A DNA stretch of 64,000 nucleotides from Bacillota bacterium (GTDB taxonomy: Bacteria > Bacillota > Dehalobacteriia > UBA4068 > UBA4997): the NCBI GenBank assembly GCA_021769035.1, contig JAETTP010000001.1, forward strand, positions 35,408 to 99,407, written 5' to 3'. Positions 28,587 to 39,677 of the stretch are shown here, in pieces. The translations under genes were made by a program, and so were the position numbers. A model generated the notes under the pieces. That model saw only the letters and a program-made list of their open reading frames with translations, did no database searches and had not been told where the DNA came from. How positions within the stretch are numbered: position 1 is the first letter of the stretch; every line of letters starts with the position of its first letter.

Positions 28587-29389
28587 GCGGCCAGGCCCGT
28601 CCCCGCTTGGGGTTGGCCTTTGGCGGCGGCGGCATCCGGGGCATGGCCCACATCGGCCTGATTGAACAGTTGGATAAACACGGCGTCCGGGCTGATTTGG
28701 TTTCCGGCACCTCAATCGGCTCCTGCATTGCCGCGCTTTATGCCTGCGGCTACAAGGGCAAGTTTATGGCCGATTTTATGCAAAATATTAATCTGAAGCT
28801 GATTTTGCCGATTTCCCCCTCCCTGGGCGGCCTGATGAACGGCAAAAATTACGCCGAATTTGTGCGCCTGATGACGCGCGGCCGCAATATTGAGGAAACG
28901 GAAATCCCCCTGCGCATTGTGGCCACCGATTTGGAAGGCAGCAAAATGGAGGTTTTCAGCGATGGGCCAATTTGGCGCGCCGTGCACGCTTCCTCCGCCG
29001 TGCCGGGCGTTTTCACCCCGGTTGCTTACCGCGATAAGCTTTACGTTGACGGCTGCCTGGTGGATAACTGCCCCTGCCAGGTGCTGCGCGAGCTGGGGGC
29101 GGATATTGTGGTGGCCGTGGATTTGGACGTTCTGCGCACCGACGAGCCCACACCTGTGGCCAGGCCCAACCTGCTGAATGTGCTGCAACGCTCCATCAAT
29201 GTGATGGGCCGCAAAAACAGCAGCGTGGAGCAAGCGGATTTGGTGCTGCGGCCAATGGATTCTTACATCTATTCTATGGATTTAGGCAAGGCCAATTACG
29301 CTTTGGAGGCTGGCCGCACCGAAGCAGCCGCCCGGATTGAAGAGATTTTGCAGCTGCTGGCTGATTTTCCCCAGTCGACGGACAATTAG
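28583..29389 (+). CDS. patatin-like phospholipase
   Basis: GGGGIRG oxyanion loop. GTSIG nucleophile elbow. Catalytic Asp region. Confidence 0.8.
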   Translation: MSGQARPRLGLAFGGGGIRGMAHIGLIEQLDKHGVRADLVSGTSIGSCIAALYACGYKGKFMADFMQNINLKLILPISPSLGGLMNGKNYAEFVRLMTRGRNIEETEIPLRIVATDLEGSKMEVFSDGPIWRAVHASSAVPGVFTPVAYRDKLYVDGCLVDNCPCQVLRELGADIVVAVDLDVLRTDEPTPVARPNLLNVLQRSINVMGRKNSSVEQADLVLRPMDSYIYSMDLGKANYALEAGRTEAAARIEEILQLLADFPQSTDN

Positions 29390-29451
29390 AGATATAAGCA
29401 AAATTAAGGCGACGCTCCGCTCGGAACGCCGCCTTTGCTGTTATTCTTAAT

Positions 29452-30849
29452 TTAAATTAATCCCTGCACCAATATCACCAAAATAAACGCGGGCAGAAAA
29501 AATTGCAGATAGACCTTGAAGCGGCGCGGTATTTTCAGGCCGTCGCCGGTGTTGGCCTCGGCCAGATACTTGTCAAAACCCCAGCCCCATTTGCTGACGC
29601 AGAACAGCAGATATACCAGGGAGCCCAACGGCAACAGCAAATTGCTGACTAAAAAGTCCTCGCTGTCCAGCACGTCGCGGCTGCCAATCAGGTGCACGTC
29701 GCTCCAGAGGTTGTAGCCCAAAACGCAGGGCAGGCTGGCCAGCAGAATAAACAGACAGTTAACAACAACCGCTTTGCCGCGGCTCCAGCCGAAGTTATCC
29801 TGGGCGCTGGCCAACAGGTTCTCAAACACGGCAATCACCGTGGAGAAGCTGGCGAACGTCATAAACAGGAAGAACAGCGCGCCCCACAGGCGGCCGCCGA
29901 CCATATTAACAAAAATCTGGGGCAGAGTAATAAAAATCAGCGAGGGGCCCGCGTCCGGCTGCACGCCAAAGCTGAAACAGGCCGGAAAGATGATCAGTCC
30001 GGCCATCAGGGCCACAAAGGTATCCAGGCCGCAAATGCGCACCGCCTCGCTGGCCAGGGTGTGCTGCTTGGACATATAGCTGCCGAAGATTTCCATCGCG
30101 GCAATGCCCAGGCTCAGCGTGAAAAAGGCTTGGTTCATCGCCGCCGTGATTACCTTGCCCAGGCCCACTGCCTGCGCCCGCGCCAAATCCGGCAGCAGAT
30201 AAAAGCCCACGCCCTCCGCCGCGCCGGGCAACAGCAAGCTGTGCACTGCCAGCACCACAATCAGCCCCAAAAGGCCCAGCATCATCACCTTAGTAATCCG
30301 CTCCAATCCCTTTTGCAGGCCAAAGCTGCACACCAAAAAGCCCAACAGCACCGTGAGCATCATCCAGCCGGCCATCTCCACCGGGCTGGCCAACAGAGCG
30401 CCAAATTGTTCGCTCACCTGCGTGCCGTCCAGGCCGCTAAACTGGCCGCTGGCGAATTTATAAAAGTAGCCTAACATCCAGCCGGAAACAGTGGTGTAAT
30501 ACATCATCAGCAAATAGCAGCCGGCAATGCAAAACCAGCCGTGCAGGTGCCATTTGCTGCCGGACGGCTCCAGCGCCTGATAGCCCAGCACCGCGCTTTT
30601 GCGGCTGGCCCGGCCCACGGCCAGCTCCATTGTCAGCACCGGCACGCCCATAATCAGCAAAAACAGTAGATAAAACAGCACAAACACGCCGCCGCCGTTT
30701 TGCCCTGCCACATAGGGAAATTTCCACACGTTGCCAATGCCAATAGCGCAGCCGGCGCTGACCAGCAAAAAACCCAATCGGGATTGAAAGTTCTCTCTTT
30801 TCATAATTTGATAACCACTCTCTTTTAACAACCTATAATTATTCTTCAT
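29452..30849 (-). CDS. neurotransmitter:sodium symporter (NSS/SNF) family transporter
   Basis: GNVWKFPY motif. 12 TM. True start may be the internal MKRENF. Confidence 0.8.
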   Translation of the reverse strand: MKNNYRLLKESGYQIMKRENFQSRLGFLLVSAGCAIGIGNVWKFPYVAGQNGGGVFVLFYLLFLLIMGVPVLTMELAVGRASRKSAVLGYQALEPSGSKWHLHGWFCIAGCYLLMMYYTTVSGWMLGYFYKFASGQFSGLDGTQVSEQFGALLASPVEMAGWMMLTVLLGFLVCSFGLQKGLERITKVMMLGLLGLIVVLAVHSLLLPGAAEGVGFYLLPDLARAQAVGLGKVITAAMNQAFFTLSLGIAAMEIFGSYMSKQHTLASEAVRICGLDTFVALMAGLIIFPACFSFGVQPDAGPSLIFITLPQIFVNMVGGRLWGALFFLFMTFASFSTVIAVFENLLASAQDNFGWSRGKAVVVNCLFILLASLPCVLGYNLWSDVHLIGSRDVLDSEDFLVSNLLLPLGSLVYLLFCVSKWGWGFDKYLAEANTGDGLKIPRRFKVYLQFFLPAFILVILVQGLI

Positions 30850-30992
30850 TTTATTTTGGTTTAAATATGTTTAATTCTATCATAAATGAGCAATTTTAGC
30901 AATAGCCTATAAAAATTTTTTCAATTCCGGCAAACTTTTTAAGCATCTTCACCGTCTAATAATATAGAAACCGTGAGAGAGGAGGTGTTCGA

Positions 30993-31481
30993 TTGACGTC
31001 TTTTGTCAAAGAGCTGGAGGCTTATCTGATTGCTGAACAGGCCGGTTTTTATCGCCTGGCGTACAGCTATCTGCACAATGAGGACGAGGCTTTGGACGCG
31101 GTGCAGAGCGCTATCTGCCGGGCCCTAGAAAAACACGGCAGCCTGCGCGACAAGGCCCAGTTTAAAAGCTGGTTTAAGCGGATTTTGATTAACTGCTGCC
31201 TGGATATTCTCCGGCAAAAGCAGCACGTGAGCCCAACCGCAGCCGAGAATTTGGAAAATATCGGCTATGAGGACCCCTTGCCGGAGGACGATCTGCTGGT
31301 CAATCGGATAAACAGGCTTTCATTGGAAGAGCAAACCGTCATAAAACTTCGTTTTTACGAGGATTTGAGCCTCAAGGAAATCAGCCTGATTACGGAAACC
31401 AACTTGAGCACTGTGAAAAGCCGGCTTTACAGCGCCCTAAAAAAACTGCGTATATCATTGGAAGGAGCGATTACCGAATGA
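30993..31481 (+). CDS. ECF-type RNA polymerase sigma factor
   Basis: Sigma-70 region 2 (FYRLAYSYL) and region 4 (LSLKEISLITETNLSTVKSRLYSALKKLR). TTG start. Confidence 0.8.
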   Translation: MTSFVKELEAYLIAEQAGFYRLAYSYLHNEDEALDAVQSAICRALEKHGSLRDKAQFKSWFKRILINCCLDILRQKQHVSPTAAENLENIGYEDPLPEDDLLVNRINRLSLEEQTVIKLRFYEDLSLKEISLITETNLSTVKSRLYSALKKLRISLEGAITE

Positions 31482-32326
31482 ATGAATTCAAACAAGCTAA
31501 GGAAGATTACAACGCCATAGCCATCCCAGAGCAGCTGGATGGCCTGACGCGCGCCGCCATCCGCCAGGGAAAAAGAAAATATCGGCAGCGGCGCTTTAGG
31601 CAGAGCTTTACCGCTTTGGCCGCCTGCTTCGCCGTGCTTTTTGGCGTGCTAAACCTTTCGCCCACAGCGGCCGCAGTGGCTGCGGATATTCCTATCCTGA
31701 ACGGTTTATTCAAAATTATGACTATTCAGAATTATACCCAAAAGGAAAACGGCATTGACTACCAGGTAAGCGTGCCGGAAATAGAGGCGGCGGGGCCGTT
31801 GGCTCAGCAAATTAACGCGGCCATACAGGAAAAGGTGGACGCGCACCTGGCAAAGACCCGGCAGGATTGGGCGGATTATCAGGAGGCCTTTTTGGCCACC
31901 GGCGGCACGCAGGCCGAGCTGGCCGAACGGGAAATGAATGTGATAGTGGATTACGAAATTAAAAGTCAAACCGACACCCGCGTTTCCTTTGTGGTGACAT
32001 TGGCTGAAGGCTGGGTTGCGGCCTTTGAGGAACGTTATTACTACAACTTGGATTTGGCAAATAATCAGCCCCTCACCTTGGAAATGCTGCTGGGTGAAAA
32101 CTGGGTGCAAATCTGCAATGAAAGCATTCAACGCGATATTGCCGCCAGCGCCGATGAAACCGGCTTTTCCTACTTCTTCCCGCCGGAGGAGGGCGGCTTT
32201 AGCACGGTGGACGCCGACACCACCTTTTATATCCGGGCCGACGGCGTTCCGGTGGTAACCTTTGCGAAATATGAAATTGCCGCCGGCGCAGCCGGTATTC
32301 CGGAATTTCCGATTACAGCTGAATAA
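31478..32326 (+). CDS. anti-sigma factor, RsiV-like (DUF4163/DUF3298)
   Basis: Overlapping start with the sigma gene. Single TM after cytoplasmic N-domain. Extracellular domain of RsiV type. Confidence 0.6.
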   Translation: MNEFKQAKEDYNAIAIPEQLDGLTRAAIRQGKRKYRQRRFRQSFTALAACFAVLFGVLNLSPTAAAVAADIPILNGLFKIMTIQNYTQKENGIDYQVSVPEIEAAGPLAQQINAAIQEKVDAHLAKTRQDWADYQEAFLATGGTQAELAEREMNVIVDYEIKSQTDTRVSFVVTLAEGWVAAFEERYYYNLDLANNQPLTLEMLLGENWVQICNESIQRDIAASADETGFSYFFPPEEGGFSTVDADTTFYIRADGVPVVTFAKYEIAAGAAGIPEFPITAE

Positions 32327-32370
32327 CAATGCCGCTTTTTAAACAGAGCAGCTTTGTTAATTCTCCCTAA

Positions 32371-32415
32371 TAAAAACAGCGTAGCCGCCAAAAATTGCGG
32401 TTACGCTGTTTTTAT
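32371..32415 (+). terminator. intrinsic terminator
   Basis: aaaacagcgtagccgccaaaaattgcggttacgctgttttta. Confidence 0.55.
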
Positions 32416-32472
32416 CGAAATTTAAACTTCCGCAGAAGTCTCAAATAGTTCAGCAGTTTGTACCTTTAGGTT

Positions 32473-32870
32473 TTAATCGGCAATCGGCGTGCCGGCAATA
32501 AACTCTTGTAGTTGCTCAAAGGTCAGCGCAAAATCATACACATCAATATTTTCAGCAGTATGCGCTGGGTTGGAGCTGCCAGGCAGCACCGAAAAGCCCT
32601 CCTGAATATGCCAGCGGATAATTACCTGAACCGGGCTTTTGCCATGAGCCTCAGCAATCCGGACAATCTCCTGGTTTTCCCGCAAGGATTCGCCGTCCGG
32701 AGTGCGCCCACCCAGCGGGAACCAAGATTCAAACTAGATACCATTAGCTGCCGGCTTTTCCTGCCAAATCCGGCGCTGAGCCAAAGGGTGACACTCTATC
32801 TGCATAATCGCCGGCTTAATTTCCGCATTGGAGCATTTCAGCAAATAATTCCTCGCTGGCGTCAAAGTTG
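32473..32870 (-). pseudogene. aldo/keto reductase remnant (N-terminally truncated, in-frame stop)
   Basis: Reverse translation ...IKPAIMQIECHPLAQRRIWQEKPAANGI*FESWFPLGGRTPDGESLRENQEIVRIAEAHGKSPVQVIIRWHIQEG... Only ~130 of ~280 aa remain. No start or RBS. Confidence 0.6.
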
Positions 32871-33186
32871 CATTGTTTTCCTCCTATCGTTTAATAAATC
32901 CGTCTACATTATAAAACAAACTGAGCTTTAACAGTTTGGCAGCTTATACTTCAGAATTTTAATCTGAAACTGCCATTTAATACTAAAACCACCGGTTTTT
33001 AAGCCAGTAGTTTTGGTGCAAAGACATTTAATATAGAATTATACTATTATACTACTATACTGTTTTTCTGGGAATGGCTTACTAACGCCCTCTCGCCAAA
33101 TTTCCCAGCCAAATTCGCTTATTTATAAGAAAAAACCGCCGTATTCGGCGGTTTTTTCGATGTGCATCTTTTTTATATACACTAGG

Positions 33187-33263
33187 TGGTCGAGGTGACA
33201 GGATTCGAACCTGCGGCCTCTGCGTCCCGAACGCAGCGCTCTACCAAACTGAGCCACACCTCG
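33187..33263 (-). tRNA. tRNA-Pro (anticodon CGG)
   Basis: Reverse complement CGAGGTGTGGCTCAGTTTGGTAGAGC...ttCGGga...GGTTCGAATCC...CGACCA. Confidence 0.85.
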
Positions 33264-33433
33264 TCAACGAAAAACATTATACCATGGGAAGCACATTTTG
33301 TCAACTGTTTTTTTGCTGATTAAACCAGGATTTTTCCGAAAAAACACTTGACAAGCGGACCATTTTATGTTATCATCACTTTAACGCAATAAAGTAATAA
33401 CGTAAAAAACAAACAGAAAGCGAGATTATTAAA

Positions 33434-34291
33434 ATGAAGAAAAAATTATTACTACTGGCAGCTTGCCTGCTGCTGGCCCTGAGCTGCCTGGCCGGCTGTT
33501 CCACCGATGAAAAACAAGACGCTAACGCCGGAGGCGCCACTGGAGGCAGTGATCAGCAGGAGCTTTCAGGCTGGGCTTACATAGAGGATAAGGGCTCGTT
33601 GATTGTGGGCCTGGACGACACTTTCGCCCCGATGGGCTTCCGTGACGAAAGCGGCGAGCTGGTGGGCTTTGATATTGATTTAGCCAAAGCCGTTGCCGAA
33701 AAGCTGGGCATTGACGTAACTTTCCAGCCCATCGACTGGGACGCTAAGGATATGGAGCTGAAATCCAAACGGATTGACTGCATTTGGAACGGTATGTCCG
33801 CCACCCCGGAGCGCGTTGAGGCTTACTCTCTGACTAAAAAATATCTGAACAACAAAATCATCATTATGACGCTGGATCCCGAGCTGAAAATCGCCTCCGC
33901 TGACGACCTCACCGGCGTAACCCTGGCCACTCAGGCCGACAGCGCCGCGCTGGAAACCATGCAGGCCAACGAAGCTTGGGCCAACATTGCCGAAAACGTT
34001 GAGGAATACGGCACCTACGACGAAGCTATTTTGGCTATGCAGGGCGGCCGCGTGCAAGCCATTGTGGTTGACCAGGTACTGGGCGAATATAAAAACGCCA
34101 ATATGGAAACTAAAATGCAGGTTTGCGAATATGACTTTGGCGACGACTTCTATGCCATTGGCTGCCGCAAAGGCGAAACCGATTTGGCCGACAAAATCAA
34201 CGAGGCCATTCAAGCTTTGATTGACGACGGCACCGCCGCCACTATTTCCAAAAAGTGGTTCGGCACCAACATTGTTATTTTGCAGGATTAA
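33434..34291 (+). CDS. amino-acid ABC transporter substrate-binding lipoprotein
   Basis: Lipobox LAGCS. SBP family 3 fold. Confidence 0.85.
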   Translation: MKKKLLLLAACLLLALSCLAGCSTDEKQDANAGGATGGSDQQELSGWAYIEDKGSLIVGLDDTFAPMGFRDESGELVGFDIDLAKAVAEKLGIDVTFQPIDWDAKDMELKSKRIDCIWNGMSATPERVEAYSLTKKYLNNKIIIMTLDPELKIASADDLTGVTLATQADSAALETMQANEAWANIAENVEEYGTYDEAILAMQGGRVQAIVVDQVLGEYKNANMETKMQVCEYDFGDDFYAIGCRKGETDLADKINEAIQALIDDGTAATISKKWFGTNIVILQD

Positions 34292-34405
34292 ACGCCTGCC
34301 TCAAATATTTGCCCAAACTAAAGGTTCAACAACCCCTCTTCAGGGTGCTGTTGAACCTTTAGCGGCATTAATTCCGTTAGCATTAATTACAAAGGATTTT
34401 GGCAT

Positions 34406-35128
34406 ATGGACTTTAGTTTAGTCACTATTAAAATTTATATCGGAAATTGGCTTAGCAGTCTGGCCGCAAATTGGGATTACGCACAGGTGATTTTGCCATC
34501 TCTATTGCAAGGCACGGTGACAACCATTCAGGTTTTTTTTATAACCCTGCTTTTCTCCCTCCCGCTGGGCCTGCCCCTGGCCTTGGGCAGTGAAAGCCGC
34601 CTGCTGCCTATTCGCTGGTTCTGCCGGTTTTATGTTTTCGTTTTCCGCGGCACCCCGCTGATGTTGCAGCTGTTTTTTGTCTATTTCATTATTCCCATTT
34701 ACACCGGGGTTATGCTGGACGCTATGACCTCCTCTATGATTACTTTTGTGCTCAATTACGCCGCCTATCTTTCCGAGATTTACCGCGGCGGTATCAATTC
34801 CATTGACCGCGGCCAGTACGAGGCGGCCGCCTGCCTGGGCTTGAGCAAGGCCCAAACGGTACTGGGCATTGTGCTACCGCAAATGGTGCGGGTGGTGCTG
34901 CCGGCGGTGGGCAACGAGATGATTACTCTGGTTAAGGACACTTCGCTGGTTTATGCTCTGGGTGTGACGGAACTGCTGAAAGCCAGCCGCTCCGCCGTCA
35001 ACCGCGACGGCAAGCTGATGGCCTATCTGCTGGCCGCCGTCATTTATCTGATCCTAACCTTTGGCCTAACCAAACTGCAAAATTATTTGGAACGGCGGTT
35101 CTCCCGCCATGAAAAGAGGAGTGAATAG
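34406..35128 (+). CDS. amino-acid ABC transporter permease
   Basis: EAA loop region. His/Gln permease-like. Confidence 0.8.
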   Translation: MDFSLVTIKIYIGNWLSSLAANWDYAQVILPSLLQGTVTTIQVFFITLLFSLPLGLPLALGSESRLLPIRWFCRFYVFVFRGTPLMLQLFFVYFIIPIYTGVMLDAMTSSMITFVLNYAAYLSEIYRGGINSIDRGQYEAAACLGLSKAQTVLGIVLPQMVRVVLPAVGNEMITLVKDTSLVYALGVTELLKASRSAVNRDGKLMAYLLAAVIYLILTFGLTKLQNYLERRFSRHEKRSE

Positions 35129-35130
35129 CC

Positions 35131-35895
35131 ATGGCCCCCTTACTGGAACTTAATCACATCTGCAAGCGCTTCGGCAGCCTGCAAGCCCTGGACGATGTGA
35201 CTTTGCACGTCAACAAGGGCGAAACCGTGGCGATCATCGGCCCCTCCGGCTCCGGCAAAAGCACCCTGCTGCGCTCCGTGAACTATCTGGAAAAAATCAC
35301 ATCTGGAGAAATTATTATCAAAGGCCAGCCGTTGGTGCAATCACCACAGGGTAAACCAATTTATCTGTCGGAGCGGGAAATCCGGCGTATTTGCAGTGAA
35401 ATTGGTATGATTTTTCAACACTTCAACCTGTTTCCACATATGACAACCTTGGGCAATATCACCTATGCGCCTATCAAGGTGAAAAAACAGCCGGCTGCCG
35501 AGGCAGAGGCGGAGGCCCGCCGGCTGCTGAAACTGGTGGGCCTGGAGGCCAAGGCGGATTGCTATCCCGCCCAGCTTTCCGGCGGCCAAAAGCAGCGGGT
35601 GGCTATCGCCCGCGGCCTGGCAATGCAGCCGGAATTAATGCTTTTTGACGAGCCCACCTCCGCGCTGGATCCGGAAATCACCGGCGAGGTGCTAAGCGTA
35701 ATGAAGACCCTGGCCGAGCAGCGTATGACTATGCTGGTGGTGACGCATGAGATGGGTTTTGCCCGCGAAGTAGCCGACCGGGTTATTTTTATGGCAGATG
35801 GGCATATTGTGGAGCAAGGCACGCCGCAGGATATTTTTGAAAATCCGCAGAGCGAGCGCCTACAAAACTTTTTGAAATCCATCTTGCGCAGCTAA
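35131..35895 (+). CDS. amino-acid ABC transporter ATP-binding protein
   Basis: [37 protein letters not shown]. Confidence 0.9.
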   Translation: MAPLLELNHICKRFGSLQALDDVTLHVNKGETVAIIGPSGSGKSTLLRSVNYLEKITSGEIIIKGQPLVQSPQGKPIYLSEREIRRICSEIGMIFQHFNLFPHMTTLGNITYAPIKVKKQPAAEAEAEARRLLKLVGLEAKADCYPAQLSGGQKQRVAIARGLAMQPELMLFDEPTSALDPEITGEVLSVMKTLAEQRMTMLVVTHEMGFAREVADRVIFMADGHIVEQGTPQDIFENPQSERLQNFLKSILRS

Positions 35896-35909
35896 AGGAG
35901 GGCTGCCCG

Positions 35910-36581
35910 ATGTATAAAATTCTGCTGGTGGAAGACGACCGGGCCATTGCCCAGGCCATTTGCCGCCACGTCACCGCCTGGGGATTGCAAATCCAGGCGG
36001 CCAGCAATTTCCGGGATATTATGGCGGAATTTGCCGCTTATGACCCGCAGCTGGTGCTGCTGGACATTTCCCTGCCTTATTTCAACGGTTATCACTGGTG
36101 CCAGCAAATCCGCCAAATCTCCAAGGTGCCGATTATTTTTATCTCCTCCGCAGCAGATAATCTGAACATTGTGCTGGCTATCAACCAAGGGGCGGACGAT
36201 TTCATCGCCAAGCCGTTTGATCTGACGGTGCTGACGGCCAAAATTCAGGCGGCACTGCGTCGGGCCTACAACTTCACCGGCCAAACGGCAGTGCTGGAAC
36301 ACCGCGGCGCACTGCTGAACATCAGCAACGCCAGCCTGACCTATCAGAGCCAAAGGCTGGAGCTCAGCAAAAACGACCTGCGCATTTTACAAGTGCTGCT
36401 GGAAAATCAGGGCAGCGTGGTCAGCCGGGAAACCTTGATGCAGCGGCTTTGGGAAACCAACAGCTTTATCGACGAAAACACCCTCAGTGTCAATGTGGCC
36501 CGCCTGCGCAAAAAGCTGGACGCCCTAGGCCTGACCGATTTCATCATCACCAAAAAAGGCCTGGGCTATCTGGTGCCCTAG
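35910..36581 (+). CDS. OmpR-family response regulator
   Basis: Receiver domain (LLVEDD...D) and winged-helix trans_reg_C. Confidence 0.85.
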   Translation: MYKILLVEDDRAIAQAICRHVTAWGLQIQAASNFRDIMAEFAAYDPQLVLLDISLPYFNGYHWCQQIRQISKVPIIFISSAADNLNIVLAINQGADDFIAKPFDLTVLTAKIQAALRRAYNFTGQTAVLEHRGALLNISNASLTYQSQRLELSKNDLRILQVLLENQGSVVSRETLMQRLWETNSFIDENTLSVNVARLRKKLDALGLTDFIITKKGLGYLVP

Positions 36582-36590
36582 GAGAAAAGA

Positions 36591-37625
36591 ATGACCACCC
36601 TAATCAAATATCTGCAAGCACGCGCCCTTTGGCTGGCCCTGCCACCGCTTTGGGCAGTCTTGCTGTTTACCATTTTTTGGCTTTATGCCTTGCCCTTAAC
36701 AAGCCTTTTTTATGCGCTGGCCGTCTGCTTGGTGCTGAGCCTGCCTTGGCTGCTTTTGGATTTTTACCATTGGCGCCGCCGCCATTTGCAGCTGCAAAGT
36801 CTGGCCCCGGTGCTGCAAGTGGATTTTCACCAGCTGCCGCCGCCCCGCAGCCAAATCGACGCTGATTGGACGGAGCTTTTCCTGAGCGTCTGCCAGCATA
36901 AACAGCAGCAGCTGGAGGAGGCCCGCCAGAGCAACAAAAAATTACAGGATTACTTCATCACCTGGGGGCACCAGATTAAAACCCCTATCGCCGCCTTGCG
37001 CCTCCAACTGCAAGGCGAGCCGCTGGAGCAGGTGCAGGAAATTGAGCAATACGTGGAAATGCTGCTCACCTACCTACATTTGGAGGACCAAGCCAGCGAT
37101 TACGTTATCCGTCAATGTGATTTAGACGAGGTAGTGCAGCAGGCGGTGCGCCATTTTGCGCCCCAGTTTATCCGCCGCCGCCTGCGCCTGAACTACCAGC
37201 CGTTTGGGCAAACGGCCCTCACCGATAGGCGTTGGCTGCTTTTTGTGCTGGAACAGGTGCTCTCCAACGCCCTGAAGTATACGCCGGATTCCACCTCGGA
37301 CAAGGAAAACTCTATCAGTATCACCCTGGAAGCACCCCTCACTCTTTGCGTGGCTGATACCGGCATTGGCATCGCTCCGGAGGATTTGGCCCGTATTTTC
37401 GACCAGGGTTATACCGGAATTAATGGCCGGGCTATCAATTACTCTGCACCCTCCCTGCCCAACGCTCCCAACTCCCCCGGCTCCCAAAAGGCCAGCGGCC
37501 TGGGGCTATATCTTTGCCGATGCATTTGCGCCAATCTGGGCCATCGCATTTGGGCCAGCTCCGTACCGGATCAAGGCACCGTCATCAAAATAGACCTTTC
37601 CAACCAAGAAAGGGTTTGGGAATAG
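36591..37625 (+). CDS. intramembrane-sensing histidine kinase (BceS-like)
   Basis: Two N-terminal TM helices with no extracellular loop. H-box. HATPase GLGLYLC. Confidence 0.8.
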   Translation: MTTLIKYLQARALWLALPPLWAVLLFTIFWLYALPLTSLFYALAVCLVLSLPWLLLDFYHWRRRHLQLQSLAPVLQVDFHQLPPPRSQIDADWTELFLSVCQHKQQQLEEARQSNKKLQDYFITWGHQIKTPIAALRLQLQGEPLEQVQEIEQYVEMLLTYLHLEDQASDYVIRQCDLDEVVQQAVRHFAPQFIRRRLRLNYQPFGQTALTDRRWLLFVLEQVLSNALKYTPDSTSDKENSISITLEAPLTLCVADTGIGIAPEDLARIFDQGYTGINGRAINYSAPSLPNAPNSPGSQKASGLGLYLCRCICANLGHRIWASSVPDQGTVIKIDLSNQERVWE

Positions 37626-37664
37626 CAAAAGCCGCTTCACAAACGAAGCGGCTTTGATTTTTAC

Positions 37665-39626
37665 TTATTCTGCCTCCTCCAGAGCCAACGCCACCTGCTC
37701 CCATTCCGCCATAGCCTCGTCTAAACGCTGCTGAGCCTGTTGCAGCTGCTCATGCAAAGCGGCAGCTTGTTGATAATCGCTGGCTAATTCCGGCGCGGCC
37801 AGCTGGTTTTCCAAAGCCGCTTTTTCCGCCTCGCCCTCGGCAATCGCATTTTCCAACTTTTGCAGACGATTTTGCAAACGCCGCAGATTAGCCGCTTGCT
37901 CCTTGCGCGCCTGATAGTCCTCGCGGCCGGCCGCTTTTTTATTCGCAGAATCCAACTCCGAAGCCGGCACAGCCGTTGGGTTGATAGTCAAGCCGGCCCG
38001 GCCGGCAGCCAGCTGTTGACGCTTCTCTAAATAATACTCCCAGCCGCCGCAATATTCCGTCAGCCGGCCCTGCTCCAAGACCACCACCCGCTCCGCCAAA
38101 GCATTGATAAAATAACGGTCGTGCGAAATAGCCAAAATAGCCCCGTCGTAATTTTGCAAAGCCTGCTCCAAAGCCTCCCGGCCCGCGATGTCCAAATGGT
38201 TGGTGGGCTCGTCCAGCAGTAGCAGGTTGGGACGGCTCAGCAAAATTTTCAGCAGACCCAGCCGGGCCTTTTCCCCGCCGGAGAGCACCCGGCAAGGCTT
38301 TGCCAAATCCTCCGCAAAAAACAGAAAAGCCGCCAAAGCCGTGCGCAGCTCGGTTTCCGTCAGCTTGGGATAACAGTTGCGCAGATAGTCCAGCAAATTA
38401 TCCGACGTATCGTCCAGCTTTTGCACCTGGTCATAGTAGCCGATTCTCAGGCCGGCCCCCTGGCGCACCTCGCCGGCGTCCGGCTCCAGCCGTTGCAACA
38501 GCAGGCGGAAAAGGGTGGTTTTGCCAACACCGTTCGGCCCCAGCAGAAAAACTCGCTCGCCCCGGCGCAACGTAAAATCCAGACCGGCAAACAGCTGATT
38601 ATCGCCAAAGCGCATAGCCAGCCCCTCCGCCCGCAGCAAATCCTGCCCGGAAACCGGCGCGGCCTTAAACTGAAAATGCAGCTCCGGCATGGGCGCTTCC
38701 TCCGCCACCAACTGCTGTTGCAGCTTGGCCAGGGCCTTTTCCTTGCTGTGAGCGGCCACCAAATTCCGCTCCCGGTTCCACTGCTTTTGCTGCTTGATAA
38801 CCCCCTGCAAACGTTCAATTTCCCGATTCAAGTTGGCGTTATGCCGCCGGTCGGCCTCCAGGGCCGCCTGGCTCTGCTGTTTAAAAGCGGAAAAATTGCC
38901 TCGATAAAGCTTGATATGATGATTATACAGGTGCAAAGTTTGCTCCGTGGTACGGTCCAAAAAATAACGGTCGTGCGAAATGACAATATAGGCCTTGTTT
39001 AAGCTGCGCAGAAAATCCTCCAACCATTCCAGCGCGTCCACATCTAAATGGTTGGTGGGCTCGTCTAACAGCAGCAAATCCGCGTCAGAAAGCAACAGCT
39101 TAGCCAAGGCCAGTTTGGCCCTCTGGCCGCCGGAAAGCTCGGCCAGCTGCCGCCCAAAATCATCCTCGGCAAAGCCCAGGCCCAGCAAAGCCCCGCGGAT
39201 TCGGCTTTGATAGGTCAGCCCGCCCTGCTCCATATAATCCTCATGCAGCTGGGCCTGCTGCATAAGCAGATGCTTTTGGGCCACCTCCGAAAGTCCCTCC
39301 GCTTGTAGTTGCCTGTTCACCAGTTCCTGCTGCCGCTCCAGCTCCTGCAAAGGCGCAAACAGCGCAAAAAGCTCCTGCCAAATGGTGTTTTGGTGGTTTT
39401 TCAGCTCCTGCTCCATTTGGCCAATTCGCAGACCCCGGGCGTTCACAATTTCGCCGCCGGTGGGCTCCAGCTGCCCGCACAGCAAACGAAACAGGCTGGT
39501 TTTGCCGGCGCCATTGGCGCCAACCAGCCCGCATTTACTTTTGGCCTCCAGGCTGAAGCTGCAATCCTCCAGCACCGGCCGCTCCTGATATGCTAAAGAA
39601 ACTTTATTTAATGCTAATATTGCCAT
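37665..39626 (-). CDS. ABC-F family ATPase (tandem ABC domains, translation-factor type)
   Basis: Two Walker A (GANGAGKTS; GPNGVGKTT) and two signature motifs. Coiled-coil linker and C-terminal extension. Confidence 0.85.
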   Translation of the reverse strand: MAILALNKVSLAYQERPVLEDCSFSLEAKSKCGLVGANGAGKTSLFRLLCGQLEPTGGEIVNARGLRIGQMEQELKNHQNTIWQELFALFAPLQELERQQELVNRQLQAEGLSEVAQKHLLMQQAQLHEDYMEQGGLTYQSRIRGALLGLGFAEDDFGRQLAELSGGQRAKLALAKLLLSDADLLLLDEPTNHLDVDALEWLEDFLRSLNKAYIVISHDRYFLDRTTEQTLHLYNHHIKLYRGNFSAFKQQSQAALEADRRHNANLNREIERLQGVIKQQKQWNRERNLVAAHSKEKALAKLQQQLVAEEAPMPELHFQFKAAPVSGQDLLRAEGLAMRFGDNQLFAGLDFTLRRGERVFLLGPNGVGKTTLFRLLLQRLEPDAGEVRQGAGLRIGYYDQVQKLDDTSDNLLDYLRNCYPKLTETELRTALAAFLFFAEDLAKPCRVLSGGEKARLGLLKILLSRPNLLLLDEPTNHLDIAGREALEQALQNYDGAILAISHDRYFINALAERVVVLEQGRLTEYCGGWEYYLEKRQQLAAGRAGLTINPTAVPASELDSANKKAAGREDYQARKEQAANLRRLQNRLQKLENAIAEGEAEKAALENQLAAPELASDYQQAAALHEQLQQAQQRLDEAMAEWEQVALALEEAE

Positions 39627-39677
39627 AAATCTTTTTAAACTCCCAAATTAATCTAATCATTATTATATTGACTGAAA

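Noticed and set aside
35892-36353. 153-aa minus-strand ORF
   Set aside because: Antisense to the response-regulator gene.
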